Positions 17,975 through 27,552 of a stretch of 35,388 bases of DNA are shown here, in pieces. The position numbers and the translations under genes are program-made. The first letter of the stretch is position 1, and every line of letters begins with the position of its first letter. The DNA is from Candidatus Bathyarchaeia archaeon (GTDB taxonomy: Archaea; Thermoproteota; Bathyarchaeia; Bathyarchaeales; Bathycorpusculaceae), in the NCBI GenBank assembly GCA_050010515.1, contig JBEKKX010000024.1:1-35388 (forward strand), written 5' to 3'. The notes beneath the pieces were generated by a model. It had not been told where the DNA came from. It searched no databases and worked only from the letters and a program-made list of their open reading frames with translations.

Positions 17975-18946
17975 ATGGATGAATTACGCAAAGTTCAACA
18001 AACACCAACCGGCACTTTTTTTGTTTGTTTGCCTAGAGCTTGGGCTCAACAGAATGGTTTAAAAAAAGGCGCTTTAGTGAGTGTGAATGTAACTAGTGAT
18101 GGCAAGCTTATTGTTGATTCTGAGTACAATGTTGAGCAGCAGCCGAGAATTGCTTCTTTAAATGTTGGTCCTTACTTGGGTCGGGAGATTATTGGTCGTT
18201 ATCTGCTTGGTTATGACGTGATTCGTATTGAGGCAAAGGACCGAATAGCTTATGACGTTAGAAACACGGTTAAATCAACGGTTACTTCACTGATTGGATT
18301 AGAAATTGTTGAAGAAACGTCTTCAGCAATAGTTTTACAGTGCTTACTGGAACCATCTGGATTTTTGCCTGAAAAAATTTTGCAACGCAACTACGCTATT
18401 GTCGCTGGGATGATTCGTGACGCTACTAACTCTTTTGTTAGTGGTGATCTGCAACTAGCTAAAAGTGTTATAGCAAGAGATGACGAAAGTAACAGGTTAT
18501 ATTTTTTATTAGTTAGAATCTTACGAACAATAATTCAAAATCCACGTTTAAGTGAGAAGCTAAGGATTACTCCGATAGACTGTTTAGATTATCGTTTGGC
18601 TGCAAGTTTAATTGAAGGCATAGGTGACGCATGTGTTCAGGTGGCTACAAAAACCGTAGCACTCGATGGAGTGAAGCTTTCTGGGGAAATGCAGAAATTA
18701 CTTGTTGATTTGCAAGCTGTCTGTTTTGAAGCTCATGAGCAAGCGTTGAAAGCGTTTGTAACTAAAGACATCTCTTTAGCTGAGCATGTACGCGACCTCC
18801 GAGGAAAAATGGATTCAACTTACTCAAATATTGAACGCGTCGCAAAAGATTCCTCTATAGATTTGATGCCTCAAGTTCTGGCAGCTGTATCTTTCCTTAG
18901 GCAGATTTATGAACGCAGTGTTGACATGGCAGACTTAGTCGTTTAA
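17975..18946 (+). CDS. phoU: AbrB-PhoU phosphate uptake regulator
   Basis: RKVQ...VCLPRAWA AbrB-like N-terminus and two PhoU repeats; ATG at 17975 preferred, about 45 bp after TTTATATAAA (17921-17930). Confidence 0.88.
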   Translation: MDELRKVQQTPTGTFFVCLPRAWAQQNGLKKGALVSVNVTSDGKLIVDSEYNVEQQPRIASLNVGPYLGREIIGRYLLGYDVIRIEAKDRIAYDVRNTVKSTVTSLIGLEIVEETSSAIVLQCLLEPSGFLPEKILQRNYAIVAGMIRDATNSFVSGDLQLAKSVIARDDESNRLYFLLVRILRTIIQNPRLSEKLRITPIDCLDYRLAASLIEGIGDACVQVATKTVALDGVKLSGEMQKLLVDLQAVCFEAHEQALKAFVTKDISLAEHVRDLRGKMDSTYSNIERVAKDSSIDLMPQVLAAVSFLRQIYERSVDMADLVV

Positions 18947-19009
18947 CTTACTTTTACTTGATCCTTCTTCGTGGTAAAGGGTTAAATTTGCTGGTTTGTA
19001 TTGAATTCT

Positions 19010-19657
19010 ATGATGGTTGATATGTCAAGTATTACCGATAAAGTGGCTAATGCTCTCTACTCTTCTGGATGCTTAAAGTTTGGAAGCTTTAAAATTAAGT
19101 CTGGAGCAATCAGCCCATACTATATTGACCTTGCACGTTTACTTTCTTCACCAAAACAAATATGCATTATAGCTGATTTAGCTGCTGAACAGGTTAAGCA
19201 AATAATGGTTTCTGGCAGAATAGACAAATTGGCCTCTATTGAACTTAAAGGCGCGCTAATAGTGCCAAGTATCGCCTGCAAAGTAAACCTGCCCTGTATT
19301 GTAGTTAGGAAAGAGGAAAAAGCCTATGGTGTTACAGGCAGAATCGCCGGCGCAGATGTAGCCAAAGGCGATAATATCCTTTTCTTCGATGATGTCATAA
19401 GCGAAGGCTTATCCAAAGTTGAAGGAATCAAGCCTCTGCAAGCGCTAGGCGGTAATGTTAAGCACTTGCTGGTTGTTGTTAACCGGGAGCAAGGCGGCAA
19501 AGAAAACTTGGAAAAGCTAGGCTTTAGAGTTCATGCTTTAGCTAAAATCTCTGAGATTGCCGATTCACTGTATCTCAATAAGCATATTTCGAAAGAGCAT
19601 GCTGATGACGTATTAGATTTTGTAAAACAATTTCAAGAAGTTAACAATACCACCTAA
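19010..19657 (+). CDS. pyrE: Orotate phosphoribosyltransferase
   Basis: KFGSFKIKSGAISPYYID, VRKEEKAYG and PRPP-binding FFDDVISEG; start could be ATG at 19010, 19013 or 19022. Confidence 0.9.
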   Translation: MMVDMSSITDKVANALYSSGCLKFGSFKIKSGAISPYYIDLARLLSSPKQICIIADLAAEQVKQIMVSGRIDKLASIELKGALIVPSIACKVNLPCIVVRKEEKAYGVTGRIAGADVAKGDNILFFDDVISEGLSKVEGIKPLQALGGNVKHLLVVVNREQGGKENLEKLGFRVHALAKISEIADSLYLNKHISKEHADDVLDFVKQFQEVNNTT

Positions 19658-19847
19658 CTATTTCCTCTATCGTGTCACTAGAATAACCGCTTTTTATGAG
19701 TGCCTTCTTAAGGTCCTTTAGCTTGTCGCTCTTCACTCTCTATCCCCTCGTTATATCTCAATCAAGTAACCGCTTAAAATAGATATACCCTATATTTATT
19801 GGATGGCTTTCACAAGAGTATACACCTCAAGGGAAGAAACATAACAG

Positions 19848-20855
19848 ATGCAAGCCCAAAAACCAGTGGTAGACGCTCTTCTTGGTCCAGAAGCTTACCC
19901 GGAAGACCCAGGCAAAATCGAATTAATCCAAACACACATATCCTTTGTCTTCTTAACCAAAAATTTTGTTTACAAAGTCAAAAAACCCGTAAACTTTGGT
20001 TTTCTAGACTTTTCTACACTTGAAAAACGGCGGTTCTTCTGCGAAAAAGAGTTAGAGCTCAATAGTCGACTTTGCCCAGACATCTATCTTGAAGTCGTGC
20101 CCATCAACAAATCAAATATTATCAAGATAAACGGTGTTGGCGAAACAGTTGAATATGCCTTAAAGATGAAGCGCTTGCCCCAAGAAAAAATAATGACAGT
20201 GCTCCTTAACGAGAACAAAGTGGACGATAAAACAATTGACGAGATAGCAAAAAAAATCGCGCAATTTCATTCCAAAGCACAAACAAGCACCGAAATAAAA
20301 GAGTACGGTTCCCTTAAAATCATAAAGACTAACTGGGACGAAAATTTCTCGCAAACCCAAAAATACGTCAACCAAACAATCCCGGTCGCTGAGTACAAAT
20401 TTATTCAAAACAGAGTCAACAACTTTATGGAGAAGAATAAGCCGCTTTTTGAAAACAGAATAAAAAACGGCAAAATTAGAGACTGCCATGGCGATTTGCA
20501 TTCAGGAAACATCTTTATTACAGACAAAATCTGCATTTTTGATGCCATAGAATTCAACGATCGCTTCAGATACTCTGACGTAGCTTCAGATGTGTCCTTT
20601 TTAGATATGGATCTAGATTTTCAACAGCGGCCTGATTTGTCAGCTTATTTCATAGAAAGATACATACTGTACTCTAAAGACCAACAATTAACAAAGCTGC
20701 TCCCATTTTACAAGTGCTATAGAGCGTATGTACGTGGTAAAGTAATCAGCTTCAAACTTGACGACCCCAACGTTAGCAGCGAAGAAAAAATAGCCGCAAC
20801 AAAAGAAGCACAAGCCTACTTCAAACTTGTCGTCGACTACGCGAAAAACCTGTAA
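19848..20855 (+). CDS. Aminoglycoside-phosphotransferase-like kinase (COG2187-type N-terminal half)
   Basis: QTHISFVFL, YKVKKPV..GFLDFSTLEKR, HGDLHSGNI, DAIEFN, YRAYVRGKV. Confidence 0.88.
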   Translation: MQAQKPVVDALLGPEAYPEDPGKIELIQTHISFVFLTKNFVYKVKKPVNFGFLDFSTLEKRRFFCEKELELNSRLCPDIYLEVVPINKSNIIKINGVGETVEYALKMKRLPQEKIMTVLLNENKVDDKTIDEIAKKIAQFHSKAQTSTEIKEYGSLKIIKTNWDENFSQTQKYVNQTIPVAEYKFIQNRVNNFMEKNKPLFENRIKNGKIRDCHGDLHSGNIFITDKICIFDAIEFNDRFRYSDVASDVSFLDMDLDFQQRPDLSAYFIERYILYSKDQQLTKLLPFYKCYRAYVRGKVISFKLDDPNVSSEEKIAATKEAQAYFKLVVDYAKNL

Positions 20856-20867
20856 ACAATCATTCAA

Positions 20868-21734
20868 TTATACGAATTGGTTAGCTACCCAATCAGGAAC
20901 TTGAACTGTACCCATAATGATTGGTTTTTGGTGGCAATCGCTTCCACCTGTCATGATTAACCCGTGTTCCTTTGCGAATGCTACATAGTGGTTTGTTGTT
21001 TCAGCCGTGTTTCTCGAGTGCCAGCATTCAACGCCGTCAATGTACGGTAACATTTTTTCTCGGATAATTTCCGTTTGCTCAACTAACGATTTAGTTAATG
21101 CAACTAGCGAAGTTCCATGAGGATCGTTAGGATGAGCCAAAACCAATTTTCCGCCAGCGCCCTTGACAAGTTTTGACGCTTCTTCCAAGTAAAGCGGGTA
21201 CTTTGGGGCATCACACTTTACAAGGTATTTATCAAAGGCTTCTTGTCGTGTTTTAACGATGTTCTTCTTTACTAAATAATCTGCGATGTGGGGTCTGCCA
21301 AGCACTCCGTCAACCGACTCTTCAATCTTCCTCAAATCATCCTTAGTTAATGCTGCAATGTGTTCTTTTTTAAATTCCGCATTTAGGTTGTCAAGGATTT
21401 TTGCCGCTCTTTCTTCTCGATATTTTGCCATCGTCTCAAGTTTGCTTTCCAGCGCCTTATTGTTGGCATCAAATTGGTAGCCTAAGAAATCCAGAGAAAC
21501 AGCTTTGCCTTCATGGTACTTTGGGTGGACAAAGGTTATGTTTAGCTCGACTCCAGTAACATATCGAATGTGCTCTTTTTTTGCAGTTCCAATGGCTTGA
21601 GTTTGACAGCCAATAGAATCGTGATCCGTAATCGACATGAAACCAATGTTTCGGTTTTTTGCTTCCTTAAAAATATCTTGAACAGTTAACTTTCCGTCTG
21701 AAGCGTTGGAGTGAATATGCAAGTCGATTATCAT
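20868..21734 (-). CDS. PHP-family metal-dependent phosphoesterase (YciV/TrpH-like)
   Basis: DLHIHSNASDG, ITDHD, GVE, GRPHIA, LAHP, TGGSDCH. Confidence 0.9.
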   Translation of the reverse strand: MIIDLHIHSNASDGKLTVQDIFKEAKNRNIGFMSITDHDSIGCQTQAIGTAKKEHIRYVTGVELNITFVHPKYHEGKAVSLDFLGYQFDANNKALESKLETMAKYREERAAKILDNLNAEFKKEHIAALTKDDLRKIEESVDGVLGRPHIADYLVKKNIVKTRQEAFDKYLVKCDAPKYPLYLEEASKLVKGAGGKLVLAHPNDPHGTSLVALTKSLVEQTEIIREKMLPYIDGVECWHSRNTAETTNHYVAFAKEHGLIMTGGSDCHQKPIIMGTVQVPDWVANQFV

Positions 21735-21752
21735 TATCGAACTGTGTCCCCG

Positions 21753-22358
21753 TTACCTTTTTTCCATCCCTATAACGTACCAGTCCTCAGAGTTATCATG
21801 GCAGGTGTCAACTGTTAAATGTATTATCTTAAGTGTCGGATACCTTTTCTTTAGGTCATCAATGTCAACTGGTTCAAACTTGCTCTTATTAGCAAGGTAT
21901 GCTTCTACTGTTAAAGCGTTTGACTCATACTTCTCTTTTGTACGTCGCTCAATCCTAGCGATCGATACTTCTTCAGGACAGCTCGTTTGCAGAATAACAA
22001 ACGTCATGTTATGTTTCGCTGCAATTTCAGCCGCTCGCCGCCTTAAATCTTGAGCAACAAAGGTTGCATCCAAAATAATGCCGGGAACAGTTTTCTTAGC
22101 AAGATCGTCTGCTCTTCGAAAGACTTCATCATAGACAGATAAGCGTTTATTCATGTTTCCTGCGACTTTTGCGTCAAAAACATCCTTATTCTTTAAAACT
22201 TCTAAGCGGATTAAATCGCTTCGGAGAATGGGGTACCCTTTGATTTTTGAGATTTCCTCTGAGGTTTCTGTTTTCCAAGTTCCAGGCAATCCACACGTAA
22301 TTAGTAACGTTTTGGGTCCCAAATTGGCTTTGATAAATTTGGCAAAAGGTTCCTTCAA
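21753..22358 (-). CDS. AAA_33-type P-loop kinase (COG0645-like) with atypical Walker A
   Basis: GLPGTWKT, LRSDLIR, ILDATF, RIERR. Confidence 0.82.
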   Translation of the reverse strand: MKEPFAKFIKANLGPKTLLITCGLPGTWKTETSEEISKIKGYPILRSDLIRLEVLKNKDVFDAKVAGNMNKRLSVYDEVFRRADDLAKKTVPGIILDATFVAQDLRRRAAEIAAKHNMTFVILQTSCPEEVSIARIERRTKEKYESNALTVEAYLANKSKFEPVDIDDLKKRYPTLKIIHLTVDTCHDNSEDWYVIGMEKR

Positions 22359-22517
22359 TCATACAGCCTTCTTACTGTTAGCTTTTGACGAGTTGTAATT
22401 AAACTTTTTCCAGTCCATAAACCGAGTTATGTGCCATCCCCTGATTTTAATGCCCTTAACTTAAAGTAAATTCTAAATAGGTAGAAGACATACTCTTCCT
22501 AAAAAGAAGGAATATTT

Positions 22518-23774
22518 ATGGAAGAATTCCAGGTTAAAGATAAAAGTTTAGCACCGCAAGGTCATTTACAGATTGAATGGGCATCACGTCATATGCCCGT
22601 ATTAAACCTGATTAAAAGCAGGTTTGAAAAAGAAAAACCATTAAAAGGCTTAACTTTGGGCGCATGCCTCCACGTTACTAAAGAAACAGCCGTCCTAGTG
22701 CAAGCATTAATTGCTGGAGGAGCCAAAATCGCGTTATGCGGTTCCAACCCGCTCTCAACCCAAGATGATGTCGCCGCAGCTTTGGCAGATAAGGGTCTTC
22801 ATGTTTTTGCTTGGAGAGGACAAAATACCGAAGAATACTACAAGTGCATAGACAAAGTGTTAGATTACAAGCCATCCATAACTCTAGACGACGGAGCAGA
22901 CTTGGTCGGTACGCTACATAGCAAACGTCAAGCACAACTGAAAGATGTTAAAGGTGGAACAGAAGAAACCACGACAGGCGTAATCCGCCTAAGAGCAATG
23001 GAAAGAGACGGCAGCCTCAAATACCCAATCGTAGCGGTAAACGATGCGTACACAAAATACCTCTTCGATAACCGATATGGAACAGGGCAAAGCACAATTG
23101 ACGGCATCCTAAGAGCCACAAACATATTGATAGCAGGCAAAAACTTTGTAGTTTGCGGTTACGGTTGGTGCTCAAGAGGCATAGCCATGCGAGCTCAAGG
23201 CTTAGGCGCCAACGTTATAGTAACAGAAGTCCAGCCTACTCGCGCGTTGGAAGCAGTAATGAACGGTTTGCGTGTTATGCCAATAGCTGAAGCAGCGGCT
23301 ATAGGTGACATATTTGTAACTGCCACAGGAGACATCAGTGTAATACGAAAAGAGCATATGCAAAAAATGAAGGACGGCGCCATAATGGCTAACAGTGGGC
23401 ACTTTAACGTGGAAGTAAACATAAAAGATTTAGACTCACTGTCAACCGCTAAAAGAACAATGCGACCCAACCTAGAAGAGTACACACTAAAAGACGGCAG
23501 AAAACTCTACCTTTTAGCCGAAGGCAGACTAGTAAACTTGGCCGCGGCAGAAGGGCACCCATCCGAAGTCATGGACATGTCATTCGCTAACCAGGCGTTA
23601 TGCTCAGAATACATAGCTAAAACAGCGAAGTTAATGTCAAAAGTCTTCACCGTCCCAAAAGAAATTGACGAAAAAGTTGCCGAGCTAAAACTGAAAACGA
23701 TGGGAGTAAATATCGACGAACTTACCGCTGAACAGAAAAAGTACCTTTCAACTTGGGAAATGGGAACAACATAA
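22518..23774 (+). CDS. ahcY: Adenosylhomocysteinase
   Basis: [48 protein letters not shown]. Confidence 0.98.
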   Translation: MEEFQVKDKSLAPQGHLQIEWASRHMPVLNLIKSRFEKEKPLKGLTLGACLHVTKETAVLVQALIAGGAKIALCGSNPLSTQDDVAAALADKGLHVFAWRGQNTEEYYKCIDKVLDYKPSITLDDGADLVGTLHSKRQAQLKDVKGGTEETTTGVIRLRAMERDGSLKYPIVAVNDAYTKYLFDNRYGTGQSTIDGILRATNILIAGKNFVVCGYGWCSRGIAMRAQGLGANVIVTEVQPTRALEAVMNGLRVMPIAEAAAIGDIFVTATGDISVIRKEHMQKMKDGAIMANSGHFNVEVNIKDLDSLSTAKRTMRPNLEEYTLKDGRKLYLLAEGRLVNLAAAEGHPSEVMDMSFANQALCSEYIAKTAKLMSKVFTVPKEIDEKVAELKLKTMGVNIDELTAEQKKYLSTWEMGTT

Positions 23775-23848
23775 ACGCGGACACGCTTAAAACCATGACA
23801 AACTTTAAATTGCTTGACATAATAAATGGCTATAAAGTGGTGACTTAA

Positions 23849-24199
23849 ATGGTTAGCAAAGATCAAGGAATAGGTGGAGCAATACTTGCTGTATGCGTTA
23901 TAGTCGCTGTAGGCTACGTCATTCTAGTAAGTGTTCCTCAACAGGTGTTCAAACTTAATGGGACCTCTGTCAGGCTAGATGCAGTACTGGTTCTTGTGTC
24001 CATAGCATTTATCGCTATTCTGGCGATTGGTGCATGGATAGGCTGGACAATGGCAACAACACCGCCTCCAAAACCAATTGAAGAAATAACAACCGAAATT
24101 GAAGAGAAAAAAGAAGAACCAAAAGTAGAAGAGTCAGCGCCAGTCAAAACGGATGAAGCACCTGCCACCGAAGAAAAAACAACCAAGAAAAAGAAATAA
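23849..24199 (+). CDS. Two-TM membrane protein with TTPPPKPI motif and charged tail
   Basis: Two hydrophobic helices, WIGWTMATTPPPKPIEE, E/K-rich tail; SD GGTGA upstream. Confidence 0.75.
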   Translation: MVSKDQGIGGAILAVCVIVAVGYVILVSVPQQVFKLNGTSVRLDAVLVLVSIAFIAILAIGAWIGWTMATTPPPKPIEEITTEIEEKKEEPKVEESAPVKTDEAPATEEKTTKKKK

Positions 24200-24282
24200 A
24201 TTACATTATTTTTCCTATCTTTATTCTTTCATTTTTTTAATTCTAAATATCTTTCTCGCGAAAAAATGAAATGTTATTTCAA

Positions 24283-24645
24283 TTAAGTTCTCATTTTTCT
24301 AAGCATGCATTCAACAATATCTTGGCAAATGATGCATTCATCAGGGATTTGCTGATTTTTTTCTCGTTCACTTAAGTAGCCCAGGTGATAATGGCAGGCG
24401 GATGGTTTTTCTTTGCTTCTATTTGGCTTCTCTTTAGAGAGAATTGTTTCAACTTGTGTTTTTTCTGGTTTATTACTGGCTTCTATTTGCACTTCAGTTA
24501 TTTTTGTTAAACAGAATGGGCAGGCGGCATATGTCTGTGCTGGATCCTGCTGTAAATTTAAGGTTTTAAGTGTTGCACTGAAGGTTTTCCTACATGCAGG
24601 ATTCGGGCAGGTAAACGTTCTTTTCCCTCGCTTCTCTTTAACCAA
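24283..24645 (-). CDS. Uncharacterised double metal-finger protein
   Basis: CPNPAC...CPFC at the N-terminus and CHYHLGYL...IPDECIICQDIVEC at the C-terminus. Confidence 0.7.
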   Translation of the reverse strand: MVKEKRGKRTFTCPNPACRKTFSATLKTLNLQQDPAQTYAACPFCLTKITEVQIEASNKPEKTQVETILSKEKPNRSKEKPSACHYHLGYLSEREKNQQIPDECIICQDIVECMLRKMRT

Positions 24646-24717
24646 CGATAAACTGATTTCATTATGAATGGTGCTTACTGACTTATAGTATTAATGAATC
24701 TGAAATAAAGATGCTAA

Positions 24718-24978
24718 CTATTCTACATTGCACGTTTGGGCTGGGGAAGCAAGCTTCTTTAAGTCATCAGCGCCTTCAGCGTATCCTGAAGCAACCAATA
24801 CGTCGCCAACTTGGATTTTTGAGTCTGCTCGAGGACGCAAACATTTCTCTCCTCTTTTAATCACTAAAACCCACATGCCTGTTTCCTCATGCACACGTGC
24901 TTCTTTTAGTGTCTTATTTACAAGCGGAGAATCCGAAGTTACACAAGCTTGGGCAACTGTTTCCTCAGCTTCTTTAAT
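24718..24978 (-). pseudogene. Orphan C-terminal TrkA-C (RCK_C) domain fragment with no upstream start codon
   Basis: Manual translation IKEAEETVAQACVTSDSPLVNKTLKEARVHEETGMWVLVIKRGEKCLRPRADSKIQVGDVLVASG...VE*; no ATG/GTG/TTG between the upstream in-frame stop and the domain; overlaps the radical SAM stop. Confidence 0.75.
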
Positions 24979-27070
24979 TTGTGGCTTTGCGAGTTGTTTT
25001 TGGCTGGTAGACGCACCATGGATCTTCAGTTAGATAATCGCTTTTTAACTCTGTAGGTTCATGGAGGTCTCCGCAGAAATCTATAAAATCATTAGAGAGA
25101 CCATAGGCGCGGGCTCGGCAGCCACCACATAAGAAGCGGTATTCACAGGCCCCGCATTTGCCCTTCAGCGAATTAGGATCCCTTAAATCGTTGAAGACTT
25201 TTGAGTTGAACCATATTTCTTTAAAGCTTTTTTCCCGTACATTCCCCAGTTTAATTGGCAGGTACGGGCAGGGTGTTACGTCTCCGTTGGGGTAAATGCG
25301 GCAATAGTATAATCCTGCGATACAACCGCGAATCCACTGTCTCATATCTAAGCCCATGTCTTTGGCGATTCGCATAAACTGCGGTGCACAGGAAGGTCTC
25401 ACGTTTAGCTTGTGATTGGCGGTTTTTGCAAATGTTTTTGTAATCATTTCCTCGTATTTTTCTGGGGAAATATCGTTTAATTTTGTGCCTCGACCTGTCG
25501 GAACAAGGAAAAACAAATGGAAGTTTTCAACGCCTATGCTCTCAGCCAATGACATTATGTCGTCTATCTGATTGTAGTTCTGCTGGGTTAACGTTGTGTT
25601 GACTTGAACAAGCACATTGTTTTTCCTCAAAGCCTTACAGGCTTCGACCGCTTTCTCCCACGCGCCCGCCACTCCTCTGAACTCGTCATGCTGAGCTGGA
25701 ATATTGGAATCCAAGCTGATTGAAACAGTGGCTATACCGGCATCCTTGAGTTTTCTTGCCACTGCCTCATCAATGAGGCTTCCGTTGCTTCCTAGCCCCA
25801 TCTTCAAACCTTTCTTTGAGCCGTAGCTTATGAGTTCAAAAATGTCTTGGCGCAAGAGAGGTTCACCGCCACTTAGTATTAACAGTGGTGCACTAACTTG
25901 GTAGATTTGATCCATGAGGTTTTTGGCTTCTTGAGTGGTTAATTCACTGTTAAGTTTTTTCTCTGTAGCGTTAATGTAGCAATGGGAACATTTCATGTTG
26001 CATTCGCGCGTGATGTTCCATGACATAACAAGCGGAATAAACCGTTCAGACGCCTTTGCCGCAGGCGAGTATGAAAGTTTTAGGTAAAACTCGCAGTTGC
26101 CATGTGTCGCTATTCGTTTAGGCTGCCACAATGTAAATGGGAAAGGAAGAACTGTGTCCAGCATTGCTTTGGCATGAGCAAAACAGAAATGGGTACAAAA
26201 AAGAGCAGTTGCCTGAGAGTTTATACCGTATTTTTCCTCGGCATATTTGTGGCTTCCAAAAATCGGGCAATTCAAAAACTCCATGTGCCCGTCCAATGTA
26301 TCTATGTCCATGGTGTAATTTATGAAGTGGTCGCTTAACATGATTGATTGCAGTTTTTCTCTTTTCATGCCAACTTTAAGCGTCACGTCAAGAGCTATGT
26401 CAACGGTTTCTTGACCGAACTTGTCCTGCAACCTTTCCATTGCATTCTCAAGCGCTGGCACGCCGATACTTTTTGCCAGTTCAGCTGTAACTAGTAAACC
26501 CTTTATTGTTTCGTATTCTTGGATTAAACGCATCCGTATGATCTGCTCGGTCCAGGAACGGAACAATTTTTTTAGTGCAGCAGACGCCTCGGGGTTCTTG
26601 TTGTCTAGCAGGCTTTCCAGTGCTTTGTTTTCTTTGGTTAAACCTGTAAAAAGGTTGATTTTTTCTACTGTTCCAAGATGTGGGGTTGAGGCTATTTCCT
26701 GAAAGTCTACGGTAAAAGGCGTAACTTCCTTGGTCAGCTCTTTCACGTCAGATTCAAAATCACTGTAAATCTTGCTAAGTTTTAGGGATATGTCAGGTAA
26801 GTCTACATGCAACTCATCAATAAGCACGTGTGTTTCCGATTCCATCTTTGTAACCATCGCCATGTGATACAAGAGTGAACCAGCCATGCCCGGATCAGCT
26901 TGTTTGCCGCCGTTTACTCCGATAAAAATTTGAGAAAACAACCGCTTTGCTAAATCAAAGTCTTCTTCTGTTATTGCAGTTAAGGCTTGATTGAGCTTTT
27001 GTTGCCTTGCAAGCAAAAGTTGAGCCCATTTATGGCATTGTCCCGCGTCGAATTTTGTTAACGCATCCAC
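24974..27070 (-). CDS. Radical SAM/SPASM protein (AhbD/NirJ-like) with about 340 aa N-terminal extension
   Basis: CNMKCSHC, SGGEPLLR, SPASM cysteines GCIAG...PCPY...CGACEYRFLCGGCRARA...DPWC. Confidence 0.88.
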   Translation of the reverse strand: MDALTKFDAGQCHKWAQLLLARQQKLNQALTAITEEDFDLAKRLFSQIFIGVNGGKQADPGMAGSLLYHMAMVTKMESETHVLIDELHVDLPDISLKLSKIYSDFESDVKELTKEVTPFTVDFQEIASTPHLGTVEKINLFTGLTKENKALESLLDNKNPEASAALKKLFRSWTEQIIRMRLIQEYETIKGLLVTAELAKSIGVPALENAMERLQDKFGQETVDIALDVTLKVGMKREKLQSIMLSDHFINYTMDIDTLDGHMEFLNCPIFGSHKYAEEKYGINSQATALFCTHFCFAHAKAMLDTVLPFPFTLWQPKRIATHGNCEFYLKLSYSPAAKASERFIPLVMSWNITRECNMKCSHCYINATEKKLNSELTTQEAKNLMDQIYQVSAPLLILSGGEPLLRQDIFELISYGSKKGLKMGLGSNGSLIDEAVARKLKDAGIATVSISLDSNIPAQHDEFRGVAGAWEKAVEACKALRKNNVLVQVNTTLTQQNYNQIDDIMSLAESIGVENFHLFFLVPTGRGTKLNDISPEKYEEMITKTFAKTANHKLNVRPSCAPQFMRIAKDMGLDMRQWIRGCIAGLYYCRIYPNGDVTPCPYLPIKLGNVREKSFKEIWFNSKVFNDLRDPNSLKGKCGACEYRFLCGGCRARAYGLSNDFIDFCGDLHEPTELKSDYLTEDPWCVYQPKTTRKATN

Positions 27071-27224
27071 ATCCTTAAGGTAGTTAAGATTCTCATATGA
27101 AGGTAAAAAAACCTAACGGTAATTATGTACTGGATTAACGATAATGCATCTTTATCTGAGGCTTGTATTCGATAAGCTAATAAAGCTCTAAATGAACATA
27201 AGCCAGACTGACAGGTGAAAAGGC

Positions 27225-27512
27225 TTGAGTTACGATTGGATCTATGCTTTAATTGGCTTCTTGGTTATGTTCGGCTTGTTAGGTGGCATTGGCATAAACA
27301 AGCCTAGAGGAATGAGCGTTAAAATGTGGTGCGTTGGTTACTTGGCAGTTGCGTTGGTTTTTGATGCACTTGTAGTTTTAGGGTTGGTCAGGCAGTATGC
27401 GCCTCTTAACAATTTGCTTTTAGGGCTTTCTGCAGGCGCCGCCACAGGGTTAGCGATCCATGTTATGCATCACATTAATGAAGAAGATGCACACCCAACA
27501 ATTATGGGTTAG
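27225..27512 (+). CDS. Small three-TM membrane protein
   Basis: 95 aa, three hydrophobic segments, SD GGTGA upstream of TTG. Confidence 0.7.
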   Translation: MSYDWIYALIGFLVMFGLLGGIGINKPRGMSVKMWCVGYLAVALVFDALVVLGLVRQYAPLNNLLLGLSAGAATGLAIHVMHHINEEDAHPTIMG

Positions 27513-27552
27513 AGTGCATAATTTTCCGAAAATTTTGCATTCTTTTGGAGAT

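Noticed and set aside
24728-25033. 101 aa + strand ORF
   Set aside because: Antisense shadow of the TrkA-C fragment and the radical SAM 3' end.
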